Shown here one piece after another: positions 9,395 through 18,719 of a DNA stretch of 64,000 nt. Origin of the DNA: Gammaproteobacteria bacterium (lineage in GTDB: Bacteria > Pseudomonadota > Gammaproteobacteria > Ga0077536); NCBI GenBank assembly GCA_035325705.1, contig DAOKZI010000006.1, forward strand, positions 21,074 through 85,073, read 5' to 3'. A program made the position numbers and the translations under genes. The notes under the pieces are model-generated. The model saw only the letters and a list, made by a program, of their open reading frames with translations, did not search any database and was not told the origin of the DNA. Position 1 is the stretch's first letter. Each line of letters begins with the position of its first letter.

Positions 9395-10887
9395 ATGTTC
9401 GAAGCGGCAGAGGTCGGTCATCGGATCGAGAAAAAGGCGTTCGAGGCGGCGCTGCCGGCGCTGCGCGTAGCGCTGCTCGAGGCGCAGTGGGCCGTGCAGT
9501 CGAAGCAGGCGTTTCCCGTGCTCGTCGTGATCGCCGGCGTCGACGGGGCGGGCAAGGGCGAGACGGTCAACGTGCTGAACGAATGGATGGATCCGCGTCA
9601 CATCCGCACCGTCGCCTTCGACACGCCGACCGAAGAGGAAGCGCAGCGCCCGCGCATGTGGCGCTATTGGCAGGCCCTGCCCGCGCGCGGACAGATCGGC
9701 ATCCTGTTCGGCTCCTGGTACACGGATCCGATCGTCGCGCGCGTGTACCGGCGCGCGAAGAAGGTCGAGCTCGCGCTCGAGATCGAACGCATCAACCGCT
9801 TCGAACGCATGCTCGCCGACGACGGCGCGCTGATCCTGAAGTTCTGGTTTCACCTGTCCAAGGACGCGCAGCGCGCGCGGCTGGAGGCGATCGATCGCGA
9901 CCCGCAGCGCACCTGGCGCGTGACGCGCGCGGACTGGAAACAGTTCGAGCACTACGATCGCTACTACGCGGTCTCCGAGCACGTGCTGCGCGAGACGTCG
10001 ACCGGCTATGCGCCCTGGCAGGTCGTCGAGGGTGTCGACGAGCGCTACCGGCACCTGACGGTCGGCACCTTGTTGCGCGATGCGATCGACAAGCGTCTCG
10101 CCGCGACGCGACGGCATCGCCGGCCGCCGGCCGCGAGCTCGACGGCGCCGCTCGTCGCGCCGCTCGATGCCCTCACCGTGCTCGGACGCCTGGATCTCAC
10201 GCGCAAGCTGGGCGAGCGCAAGTACGAGCGCGAGCTCGAGCAGTGGCAGGGCGAGCTCGCCCGCCTGTCGCGTGGCAAGGGCTTCGAGAAACGCGCGATC
10301 GTCGTCACTTTCGAAGGCATGGACGCCGCGGGCAAGGGTGGAGCGATCCGCCGCCTGACCGGCGCGCTCGATGCGCGCCAGTACCGCGTCGTGCCAGTCG
10401 GCGCGCCGAACGAAGAGGAACGTGCCTATCCCTATCTGTGGCGCTTCTGGCGGCATCTGCCGCGGCGCGGCCGCATGACGATCTACGATCGCTCCTGGTA
10501 CGGTACGGGCGCGTGCTGGTCGAACGCATCGAAGGCTTCTGCACCGAAGCGGACTGGATGCGCGCCTACGGCGAGATCAACGAGTTCGAAGAAGAGCTCG
10601 TCGACGGCGGCGGCCTCATCTGCAAGTTCTGGCTGCACGTTTCGCCGGAAGAGCAGCTGCGCCGCTTCGAGGAACGCGCGCAGACGGGCTTCAAGCACCA
10701 CAAGATCACGGCCGAGGACTGGCGCAATCGCGCCAAGTGGCCGCTCTACCAGCAGGCCGCCGCCGACATGATCGAACGCACCTCGACCCGCCTCGCGTCG
10801 TGGACGCTGGTCGAAGCGGAAGACAAGCACTGGGCGCGTATCAAGGTCCTGAAGACCCTCGTTGAGCGCCTGTGCGAGGCGCTGTGA
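9395..10887 (+). pseudogene. ppk2: two-domain polyphosphate kinase 2 (PPK2) interrupted by a frameshift
   Basis: Two PPK2 domains (FPVLVVIAGVDGAGKGETV... and RAIVVTFEGMDAAGKGGAIRRL...). The reading frame switches from ORF 9395..10771 to ORF 9487..10887 at 10498-10507. There, tacggtacgg is a 5 bp tandem duplication. Removing one copy restores SWYGRVLVERIEGF. Confidence 0.6.
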
Positions 10888-10892
10888 GCGAG

Positions 10893-11115
10893 CGGGGAAC
10901 GTAGCTTGGGCTGACGAAGGAAGCCCAACGGTGATGAGGCGCGCGCATCACGGCGGTTTCGTAGCCCGGGTGGAGCGCGCAACCCGGGAGCGGCGCCCGC
11001 CGTCCTCTATGCCTTCGAGAAGACCCCGCGCGGCGCGCGCCGAGCATGGCCGCAAGCCCTTGCGTATCGGGCATGCCGGATCCCGGGTTCCGCTACGCTG
11101 CACCCGGGCTACGAA
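10893..11115. repeat. hairpin motif plus REP-like inverted pair
   Basis: gtagcttgggctgacgaaggaagcccaacg at about 10895-10930. REP units at about 10960 and about 11070. Confidence 0.75.
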
Positions 11116-11242
11116 TTCCGGCCCGAACGGCGCATGGGGTGCACGAGCGCACTGCGCTCGCGCGCATGGAGGCCGCAGCGCTTCCTGCTGCGGCTGCGCT
11201 CGGGTAGGCTCGCGGGCCTGCATACGTCCCGGAGAAGCCAGC

Positions 11243-11920
11243 ATGGGCTACAAGCTATTCGGCGCGAACGTGTCGCCGTTCGTGCGCAAGTGTCGCGTCT
11301 ATCTCGCCGAGAAAGGCATCGCCTACGAGCACGAGTCCGTCAATCCCTACCAGCCGCCGTCGTTCTATCGTCAGGTGAGCCCGCTCGGCAAGATCCCGGC
11401 GCTGCTCGACGGCGATCGGCCGGTCGCCGATTCGAGCGTGATCTGCCTCTACCTCGAACGCTGCAAGCCGACGCCCGCGCTGTACCCGGCCGATCCTTAC
11501 GACTATGCGCAGGCGCTGTGGATCGAGGAATACATGGACAGCGGCTTTCTGCCGGTCGCCGGTACCGGCGTGTTCCGGCCGCTGGTGCTGGGTCCCGTCG
11601 CGATGAATCAGCCGCTGACCAAGGAGATCAAAGAGGCGGCGCTCGAAGTCGTCGAGAACCAGCTCGGACCGATGTGGGACTATCTCGAACGCTACCTCGG
11701 CGGCAAGGAGTTCTTCGTCGGCGGCCGCCTGTCCATAGCCGACATCGCGGTGGCGAGCGGTCACGTGAATCTGTGGCACGCCGGCATCGATCTCGACACC
11801 GACCACTGGCCGAAGCTCGCGGCGTTCCTCGCGCGCATGTGGAGCCGCCCCTCGTTCAAGACGCTCCTCGCCGAGGAGCAGACGCCGTGGAATCGTCGCG
11901 AGGCGATCGCGAAACTCTGA
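11243..11920 (+). CDS. glutathione S-transferase
   Basis: ATG at 11243, preceded by ggaga. N-terminal MGYKLFGANVSPFVRKCRVYLAEKGIAYE, and a GST C-terminal domain. Confidence 0.85.
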   Translation: MGYKLFGANVSPFVRKCRVYLAEKGIAYEHESVNPYQPPSFYRQVSPLGKIPALLDGDRPVADSSVICLYLERCKPTPALYPADPYDYAQALWIEEYMDSGFLPVAGTGVFRPLVLGPVAMNQPLTKEIKEAALEVVENQLGPMWDYLERYLGGKEFFVGGRLSIADIAVASGHVNLWHAGIDLDTDHWPKLAAFLARMWSRPSFKTLLAEEQTPWNRREAIAKL

Positions 11921-12098
11921 GCACTCCGCGCCTGCGCGGCCGCGGGCGAGATTTCGATCGGAACATACGCTTCAAATGCGGGCTCGCCGCGCGCCGGCCT
12001 GCTCTGGTATGGTCACGACCATCCGGCATGCGGGACCTGTCGTGTATCGATATTCGGAAAATCCCGGCCACCGTACGGCCGGCGGGCCCGCGCCCACG

Positions 12099-12779
12099 AT
12101 GGGCGCCGCGCCCGCCGATTCGAGCGTCTCGCATCCATGCCGGATCCCCGTGGCAACGCTGCTCGTCCTCACCCTCGGCATCGGCTGCACGGCCGTTCTC
12201 GCCCTGCGGGTCGGCGCGAGCGCAGTCTACGGCCCGCGCGTCTCCGCGCTCGCCGGGATGTGGTGGCCGCAGCCGCCGCGCTTGAGCGCCTTCCGCCTGA
12301 TCGATCAGGATGGTCACGCCTTGACCGCGGGCGATCTGCGCGGGCAATGGACGCTGCTGTTCTTCGGCTACACCCACTGTCCCGACGTCTGCCCGGCGAC
12401 GCTCGCCTTGATAGATCGCGCGTATGAAGCGCTCGGTGACGACGAAGCGGCCCGCGATCTGAGCGTGCTATTCGTCTCCGTCGATGCCCGGCGCGATCGG
12501 CCGGACGTGCTCGCCCGCTACGTCCGCCACTTCGATGCGCGATTCCGCGCGGCGACGGCGCCGATGGAAGCGCTGCATCTGCTCACGCGCCAGCTCGGGG
12601 CGGACTTCACGAAGATCGCGGGCGAGGTCGCCGGCGAATATGGGTACGAGCATTCGGCGTCGATTTTCCTCATCGCGCCGGATCTGCGCGTCGTCGGCGA
12701 GCTGATGCCGCCGCTGGAGGCGGAGGCGCTCGCGACGCGCGTGCGCAGCATTCGCCGTTTCATCGAGGCGCAGGGATGA
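12099..12779 (+). CDS. SCO1/SenC-family copper chaperone (thioredoxin-like)
   Basis: FGYTHCPDVCP CxxxC motif and a TM anchor VATLLVLTLGIGCTAVLAL. The start is uncertain. An alternative is the GTG codon (gtg gca acg) in PVATLL that would open the TM segment. Confidence 0.75.
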   Translation: MGAAPADSSVSHPCRIPVATLLVLTLGIGCTAVLALRVGASAVYGPRVSALAGMWWPQPPRLSAFRLIDQDGHALTAGDLRGQWTLLFFGYTHCPDVCPATLALIDRAYEALGDDEAARDLSVLFVSVDARRDRPDVLARYVRHFDARFRAATAPMEALHLLTRQLGADFTKIAGEVAGEYGYEHSASIFLIAPDLRVVGELMPPLEAEALATRVRSIRRFIEAQG

Positions 12780-12838
12780 GGCCGGCGCGTTTGCCCGTGT
12801 CCTCGTTCGCGGTGCGCAAGCCTCAGGAGTCAGCCCGC

Positions 12839-14155
12839 ATGCAAACCGTCCGACTCGCCGACGCCGCCTCGCGCGCGCTGCGCATCGCCGCCTCGGCCGC
12901 CCTGATCGGCGCGAGCGGCGTCGCACTTGCCGCCGAACGCTCGAGCAATCTTTCCTACACCGCGCTGCGCGAATGGATCGCGCAGGCCCCGGACGCGGCG
13001 GGGCTGACTAGCGGCAAGATCTATACGCTGGCCGATCGCGCGGCGCTCGAGGCCTACATTCCGCGCACCGTGTGGGACTACTACTTCTTCGACGACATGG
13101 CGATGGAGGTGACGCCGACCGCGCACTATCCGACGCCGCCGGACTGGACGATGGACGGCAGCGGCGCTCACGTGCTCGACGAGCGCGGCATCCTGCGCGG
13201 CTTCAAGGGCGGCGGCACGCCGTTTCCGCAGGTCGCGCCGGACGATCCGCAGGCGGCGGTGAAGCTGATCTGGAACATGCTGTGGCGGCCGGGCGAGCAC
13301 GACTTCGACATGCCGATGATGACCTGGCTGCGCAGCGAGAACGGCAAGCTCGATCGCGAGATCGAGTACATGTCCACCAATGCGAGCTACGCGCTCGGCG
13401 AGCGCTGCCTCGTGCCGGGCTACGAGGAGGTCAAGTCGAAGCGGATCATGGAGTTCCGCTCGCCGCGCGACATGGCCGGCGCCAAGGACATGCAGATCGT
13501 CTACGTCGATCACGAGCGCGAGGACAGCGGCTGGCTCTACCTGCCGGCCCAGCGCAAGCCGCGGCGCACGCTCGCCTCGGAGCGCACCAGCGAGCTGATG
13601 GGCATGGACATGATCCGCGAGGATCTGAACGGCTTCAACGGCAAGGTCTACGAGAACGACTGGACTTATCTCGGCCGCCGCCAGGTGCTCGCGACGGTCA
13701 ACGTCAGGGACAACCCGAAGATGGGCGGGCCGCACCTGTGGGTGCCGAACGAGGCGCGCTGGGAAGTGCGCGACGCCTACGTGGTGATGATCGAGCCGAA
13801 GTCCAAGGATCATCCCTACGCGCAGCGCATCCTTTTCCTCGATCCGGACTCGTACTGGACGCTGTGGATGATCGCCTTCGATCGCCGGGACGAGCAGCTC
13901 CTGCGCATGGCGCAGCACTTCATGAAGTACTCCGAGAGCTATCGCGACGAGCAGCCGCAGCAGGCGCCGTATCTGAACCAGGACTTCACCAAGAACCTCG
14001 GCCACCACGTGTTCCTGCATCTTGGCGAAAACGACATCAACGCCAAGAAGCCGCACGCGACGATCACGCACTGCTTCGTCAAGAAGCGCGTGTTCTCCGA
14101 GGCGCGCGCGCAGCAGTTCTATTCGCTGCGCAATATGATCAGCGGGCGACGCTGA
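12839..14155 (+). CDS. DUF1329-family secreted or outer-membrane-associated protein
   Basis: Signal peptide MQTVRLADAASRALRIAASAALIGASGVALA. The length and sequence are typical of DUF1329. It is followed immediately by a DUF1302 partner. Confidence 0.75.
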   Translation: MQTVRLADAASRALRIAASAALIGASGVALAAERSSNLSYTALREWIAQAPDAAGLTSGKIYTLADRAALEAYIPRTVWDYYFFDDMAMEVTPTAHYPTPPDWTMDGSGAHVLDERGILRGFKGGGTPFPQVAPDDPQAAVKLIWNMLWRPGEHDFDMPMMTWLRSENGKLDREIEYMSTNASYALGERCLVPGYEEVKSKRIMEFRSPRDMAGAKDMQIVYVDHEREDSGWLYLPAQRKPRRTLASERTSELMGMDMIREDLNGFNGKVYENDWTYLGRRQVLATVNVRDNPKMGGPHLWVPNEARWEVRDAYVVMIEPKSKDHPYAQRILFLDPDSYWTLWMIAFDRRDEQLLRMAQHFMKYSESYRDEQPQQAPYLNQDFTKNLGHHVFLHLGENDINAKKPHATITHCFVKKRVFSEARAQQFYSLRNMISGRR

Positions 14156-14279
14156 AACCGGCGTCGCCGCTGCGAGCGGCCGCAAGCGGGACATCCCGTC
14201 GCGGCCGACGACCGACAATGACAACGACGAGGGCCGCCGAGCGCGGATACGCGGCGCGGCCGACTGGGGGACCGAGCTC

Positions 14280-15884
14280 ATGCGTTCATCGAGGGTCTGC
14301 CGCCCGTTCGCCGGCAGTCTGCTGGCCGGGCTGTTCGTCACACCTGCCGCCGAGGCGATCGTCACGCTGACCGACGAGATCGAAATCGAAGGCTTCGTCA
14401 ATCTGCAGAACGCCGTGCGCGAGCCGCGCTTCGAGTCCGCCGAGCTCGTGATGCAGCGGAACACGGCGCAGATCGAAGGCAAGTACTATTTCCTCAAGGA
14501 CAGCACCGCCTTCGGGCGCTTCCACACCGGGCGCCTCGAGGAGGCGACGCTGACGATCGTCGGCCGCGGCGTCTACGATTCGGTCTACGACATTCGCGGC
14601 TCCTACAGCGACGCCTTCGAGCACGATCGGCACCATCCCGGCGAGGCCGAAGTGAAGCTGCGCGAAGCCTTCATCGACTTTCTGCTGCCGCCGTTCACGC
14701 TGAGGCTCGGCCGCCAGCAGGTCGTATGGGGCGAGACCGACAACTTCCGCGCCCTCGACGCGATCAATCCGCTGGACCTGAGCTGGCACTGGAGCTGGGA
14801 GTCCTGGGAAGACATCCGCATTCCGCTGTGGATGGCGCGCGGTGTCTACGACATCGGCAAGCTCGGGCCCTTCGACGAGTCCTTCGTCGAGGCGGTCTAC
14901 ATCCCGTGGGACGTGCAGCACAACCGGATCTCGACCGATCCCAGACGGCCCTGGGCGCTGCACGGTGCGGGTCTGCGCAAAAACGCGAACACCGTCATCA
15001 TCGACGGTCAGGCGCTGGATCTCGATCTGCGCGTGCACGACGGCAGCCCCTCGCGGCGCTTCGAGAACGGCCAGGCGGGCATGCGCTTCAAGGCCATCTG
15101 GGGCGACGTCGAATTCAGCCTGAACTATTTCTACGGCTACTCGGCGGACACGCGCGCGCGCTTCCAGGCGGATCGTTCGGGCGTCGTCGGCGGGCGCTTC
15201 CACGCCGAGTACGTGACCGAGAACCCGCGCACCCACCTCCTCGGCTTCACCGCGAACTACTCGGACGAGAAGTACACGCAGGCGGTGTTCCGCATGGAAA
15301 CGGTGTTCACGACCGGTGTGCCCGTCGCCATCGACGCGGCGGCACCGCGCGCCGTCGATCCCGACGGCGATCAGTTCGACGAAGCGCGCCGCACCGTGCT
15401 GATGCTCGCCGTCGATCGCCCGACCTGGATACGCTGGCTCAACGATCAGCGCACCTTCTTCCTGTCGACGCAGATCTTCTGGCGCCACTACCTCGACTGG
15501 AGCGCGTTCTATCGCGGCATTCCGGCCGTCGAACAAGCGGTCCTGAACGGGCAGGTGCTGCCCGGCCGCTTCATCAGCACCAATACCGATCGCATCGACC
15601 AGAACGAGTTCGTGATGACCTTCTCCGCGTCCACCAGCTACGGCGCGGCGGGGCTGCTGCAGCCGCGCTTCGTGCTGGCCTACGATCCGCGCTCGACCGG
15701 CGCCTACAATCAGCTCGGCTTCGACTATCTGCTGTCCAAGCACATCCAGCTACGCCTGCAGCAGAACCTGTTCTGGCGCGTGAACGGCGATTCGATCGGG
15801 CCGTGGCAGCTCGGCGATCTGTGGGGACACTCCAGCGGCAACAGCCGCCACGAGACGGTGTTCAGCCTGATCTACCAGTTCTGA
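14280..15884 (+). CDS. DUF1302-family outer-membrane protein
   Basis: 534 aa with a signal peptide. The repetitive beta-rich sequence ends in an aromatic residue (LIYQF). It is the canonical partner of DUF1329. Confidence 0.75.
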   Translation: MRSSRVCRPFAGSLLAGLFVTPAAEAIVTLTDEIEIEGFVNLQNAVREPRFESAELVMQRNTAQIEGKYYFLKDSTAFGRFHTGRLEEATLTIVGRGVYDSVYDIRGSYSDAFEHDRHHPGEAEVKLREAFIDFLLPPFTLRLGRQQVVWGETDNFRALDAINPLDLSWHWSWESWEDIRIPLWMARGVYDIGKLGPFDESFVEAVYIPWDVQHNRISTDPRRPWALHGAGLRKNANTVIIDGQALDLDLRVHDGSPSRRFENGQAGMRFKAIWGDVEFSLNYFYGYSADTRARFQADRSGVVGGRFHAEYVTENPRTHLLGFTANYSDEKYTQAVFRMETVFTTGVPVAIDAAAPRAVDPDGDQFDEARRTVLMLAVDRPTWIRWLNDQRTFFLSTQIFWRHYLDWSAFYRGIPAVEQAVLNGQVLPGRFISTNTDRIDQNEFVMTFSASTSYGAAGLLQPRFVLAYDPRSTGAYNQLGFDYLLSKHIQLRLQQNLFWRVNGDSIGPWQLGDLWGHSSGNSRHETVFSLIYQF

Positions 15885-15898
15885 GCCCGTTCAACCGA

Positions 15899-16100
15899 AG
15901 GCTATCGGCCGTAGAAAACCGCCACCGCGTGCTTGGCCTCGGCGAAGAACAGCCAGCGCTCGACGATCAGGCCCAGCGCGAGCGCGGGGACGGCGAGCCC
16001 GAGCAGCACCGAGCCGGCGGCATCATTGAGCGCGACGCTGGCGAGCGCGGCGAGCGCGGGCAGCACGAAGGCGCAGACGGCGGCGATGCGTCGCAAGACA
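15899..16100 (-). pseudogene. duplicated 3' fragment of the NrfD-like anchor gene (putative soeC)
   Basis: About 200 bp, with two mismatches visible in the aligned stretch relative to 17063-17265. It encodes MRRIAAVCAFVLPALAALASVALNDAAGSVLLGLAVPALALGLIVERWLFFAEAKHAVAVFYGR, matching the C-terminus of the full gene. Confidence 0.8.
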
Positions 16101-16202
16101 GTGCACGGAGTTCGTTCGTGTATGCGTTGCTGAATGTGGTCTTGCTAAAGATCCGCCAAGATCACCGTTTCCTCGCATTCTTTATGAAAGCCTGCCTGGG
16201 GA

Positions 16203-16664
16203 ATGAGAGTTGTGATGAGCGCCGATAGCAAAAAGACACTTCTGCTTATCCTAGTCTTCGTTCTGGGAATGGGATGGGGGCTGATAGGTCCAGTTAATCG
16301 CCTTATGATTAACGATATAGAGACAACTAAATTCACCTACATCATAGATGCATATTTGTGGCCCACACACTTCCTCGCCTTTGGCGAAGGGGGGTGGTAT
16401 CCAGCTTCCATAACTGCAAATGTCCTACTGTTCGGTGTCATTGCGCTTGTAATCTATTGCTCCTTAGAAAGAGCAACAAGGCTGTGGGTTATTTTTTGTG
16501 CCGTGGTCATATGGGGCGCTCTCGTGGGAAGTTTCATAGCCGGATTTAGGCTTCGAGATTTTCAGGTCTTGCCGTTTAGTGCCGGGCCTTTATTTTATGC
16601 GGCGTTCGTCTCTCTCATTATCTTCATCAAAAAGCACAGGCTCTTCGGGAACTCGCCTGGATGA
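16203..16664 (+). CDS. hypothetical polytopic membrane protein in a low-GC island
   Basis: 153 aa with about 4 TM segments. The region 16140-16700 is clearly AT-richer than its flanks, with low-GC3 codon usage. Confidence 0.5.
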   Translation: MRVVMSADSKKTLLLILVFVLGMGWGLIGPVNRLMINDIETTKFTYIIDAYLWPTHFLAFGEGGWYPASITANVLLFGVIALVIYCSLERATRLWVIFCAVVIWGALVGSFIAGFRLRDFQVLPFSAGPLFYAAFVSLIIFIKKHRLFGNSPG

Positions 16665-16708
16665 ATCTGGGCGACCTTCGCTGCGGTTAGGCCGTTTTTT
16701 GACACGCT

Positions 16709-16827
16709 CTGATGGAGATGGCGAAGGCGAACGGACTCGAACCTTATGCGTACCTGCGCCGGGTGTTCACCGAGTTACCGGCGGCAACGACGGTCGACGA
16801 TATCGAAGCGTTGCTGCTCTGGGCCTA
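16709..16827 (+). mobile_element. IS66-family transposase C-terminal remnant
   Basis: Translation LMEMAKANGLEPYAYLRRVFTELPAATTVDDIEALLLWA* matches the conserved IS66 transposase C-terminus. The upstream frame is disrupted, so no intact transposase is present. Confidence 0.55.
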
Positions 16828-17067
16828 AGCGAACTGCCGCACTTTTGGCAATGACGGAGTTGGTGGAGCGCGACCAGAATATCGAGAAGAAGGCCCATGG
16901 AAGCCCTGAACAAGTCCATCCTGGACTCGTGCAGAGACGGCGAGGTCGTGGCAAGCCCGTGCTCGCCTCCGCGAATCAGGCGCTTACGCGATTGATTCGC
17001 GAGCGGACCGGCGATGGCCCGCGGAAACTCCGCTGTTCCCAGGTTTCCCCTCGCGCTCGGCCGAAAG

Positions 17068-17997
17068 CTACCTGCCGTAGAACACCGCCACCGCGTGCTT
17101 GGCCTCGGCGAAGAACAGCCAGCGCTCGACGATCAGGCCCAGCGCGAGCGCGGGGACGGCGAGCCCGAGCAGCACCGAGCCGGCGGCGTCACTGAGCGCG
17201 ACGCTGGCGAGCGCGGCGAGCGCGGGCAGCGCGAAGGCGCAGACGGCGGCGATGCGCCGCAGCTTGCGCGCGTGACGGCGCGCGAGGACATAGCCCATCT
17301 CTTTCAACAAATAGTTCTGCTCGGTGTGCGGCCAGGCCAGCGAGGACACGGCGCCCAGCGCGCCCAGGCCGGTCGCGCTCGCGAGCGTCGAGGTCGGCGC
17401 CTGGCGATCGATACTCCTCCAGTAGCGCCACTTGGCGAGCCCCGCGCAGGCGAGGAGGGCGGCCGTCACGGCCGCGTCGCGCGCATCCGCGACGCCGCTC
17501 CACTGCCGCAGCGCGAGCCACAGCACGGCGCCGCTCGCGAGTGAGAGCAGCAGATAGTTCAGCGGCACGGCGCCGCGGTGCCAGGCGTCGACGGTCTTCA
17601 GCGACGCGTAGATCATCGCGGTCGCATACACCGTCGCCAGCGCGAGCGCGGCGCTCGCGAGCGGCAGGATCGGGTCGACGCCCGTGCCGCGCCATAGCTG
17701 CCGGGCCCAGGCGAGCGCGGGGAGATAGCAGGCCAAGGCGAGCACGCCTTCGCGCGACAGCCAGGAACTGCGCCACTGCGTCAGCGCGCGCCAGGCGCGT
17801 TCCGGATGCCCGAGATGGCGGGTCGAGGACAGCAGGCCGGCGCTGACGAGCACCGCGGCGAGCGCGAGCGCCGTGAGGGCCAAGGCGCCGCGGCTCGCCG
17901 CGTCCCCGCTCGCGGCGTACAGCGCGAGGATCGCGATCAGGCCGTAGCCGGCGCCGGCTGCGGTCGTGAAGAAGACGATCGAATAGGCCGGATTCAC
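17068..17997 (-). CDS. NrfD/PsrC-like polytopic membrane anchor subunit (putative SoeC)
   Basis: GTG start at 17997 overlaps the upstream stop as GTGA. The protein runs from VNPAYSIVFFTTAAGAGYGLIAILALYAA... through about 8 TM helices. The N-terminal part of ORF 17068..18840 lies in an overlapping frame and is ignored. Confidence 0.7.
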   Translation of the reverse strand: MNPAYSIVFFTTAAGAGYGLIAILALYAASGDAASRGALALTALALAAVLVSAGLLSSTRHLGHPERAWRALTQWRSSWLSREGVLALACYLPALAWARQLWRGTGVDPILPLASAALALATVYATAMIYASLKTVDAWHRGAVPLNYLLLSLASGAVLWLALRQWSGVADARDAAVTAALLACAGLAKWRYWRSIDRQAPTSTLASATGLGALGAVSSLAWPHTEQNYLLKEMGYVLARRHARKLRRIAAVCAFALPALAALASVALSDAAGSVLLGLAVPALALGLIVERWLFFAEAKHAVAVFYGR

Positions 17998-18719
17998 GTC
18001 AGGATGCGATCGATCCAGCGCAGCAGCGCGGTCTCGAAGCGGCCGGCCGGACGCGGCAGCGGGCTTGCCGCGAGCTCGGGCGCGCGGCGCGGCGGCAGAT
18101 ACTTGTTCACGGGCGCGCAGCCCTGCTCGGGCATCAGATCGTAGCCGCCGCGTTCGCGCACGAGCCGCGATACGCCGCTCGCGGGATCGCCCAGATCGCC
18201 GAAGCTGCGCGCGCCGGTCGGGCAGGCCGCGACGCAGGCCGGCACGCGCGCGGCCTCGGGCAGGTTGCCGTTGTAGATCCGATCGACGCACAGCGTGCAT
18301 TTCTTCATCACGCCGGCGTCCGCGTCGTACTCGCGCGCGCCGTAGGGGCAGGCCCAGGAGCACAGCTTGCAGCCGATGCATTTGTCCGCGTCGACCAGCA
18401 CGATGCCGTCCGCCGCGCGCTTGAACGAGGCGCCGGTCGGGCACACGGTGACGCAGGGCGCGTTGTCGCAGTGCAGGCAGGAGCGCGGGAAGTTGACCGT
18501 CTTGCTGCCCGCGGCAGTCTGCACTTCGTAAGTGTGCACGCGGTTGAACCACACACCGTCCGGCGCCGCGCCGTAGGGATCGGTGTCGGTCAGCGGCGCC
18601 GAGTAGCCGGCGTCGTTCCACTCCTTGCAGCTCGTTGCGCAGGCGTGGCAGCCGACGCAGGTGTCGAGATCGATCACGAGCCCGAGCTTGCGAGTCGTCG
18701 ACGGCGGCAGCATCGTCAT
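17994..18719 (-). CDS. 4Fe-4S ferredoxin-type subunit (DmsB-like; putative SoeB)
   Basis: MTMLPPSTTRKLGLVIDLDTCVGCHACATSCKEWN... carries four Cys clusters. The start ATG overlaps the upstream stop as ATGA. No Tat signal. Confidence 0.8.
   Translation of the reverse strand: MTMLPPSTTRKLGLVIDLDTCVGCHACATSCKEWNDAGYSAPLTDTDPYGAAPDGVWFNRVHTYEVQTAAGSKTVNFPRSCLHCDNAPCVTVCPTGASFKRAADGIVLVDADKCIGCKLCSWACPYGAREYDADAGVMKKCTLCVDRIYNGNLPEAARVPACVAACPTGARSFGDLGDPASGVSRLVRERGGYDLMPEQGCAPVNKYLPPRRAPELAASPLPRPAGRFETALLRWIDRILT

Noticed and set aside
9368-10456. 362 aa minus-strand ORF opposite the PPK2 gene
   Set aside because: It is antisense to strongly conserved PPK2 domains, and its composition is low-complexity. 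Treated as an artefact.
11976-12098. Longer N-terminal extension of the SCO gene from the ATG at 11976
   Set aside because: The extension has low-GC3 codons (tat cga tat tcg gaa aat) unlike the rest of the gene. The ATG at 12099, or a GTG nearer the TM segment, is more plausible.
12830-15743. Long minus-strand ORFs (550 aa and 485 aa) opposite the DUF1329 and DUF1302 genes
   Set aside because: They are antisense artefacts of high GC. The sense frames carry signal peptides and family-typical sequence.
16660-17062. Intact IS66 element
   Set aside because: Only the last roughly 39 codons of the transposase are recognisable. The upstream frames are broken. No TnpA/TnpB partner or terminal inverted repeats were identified.
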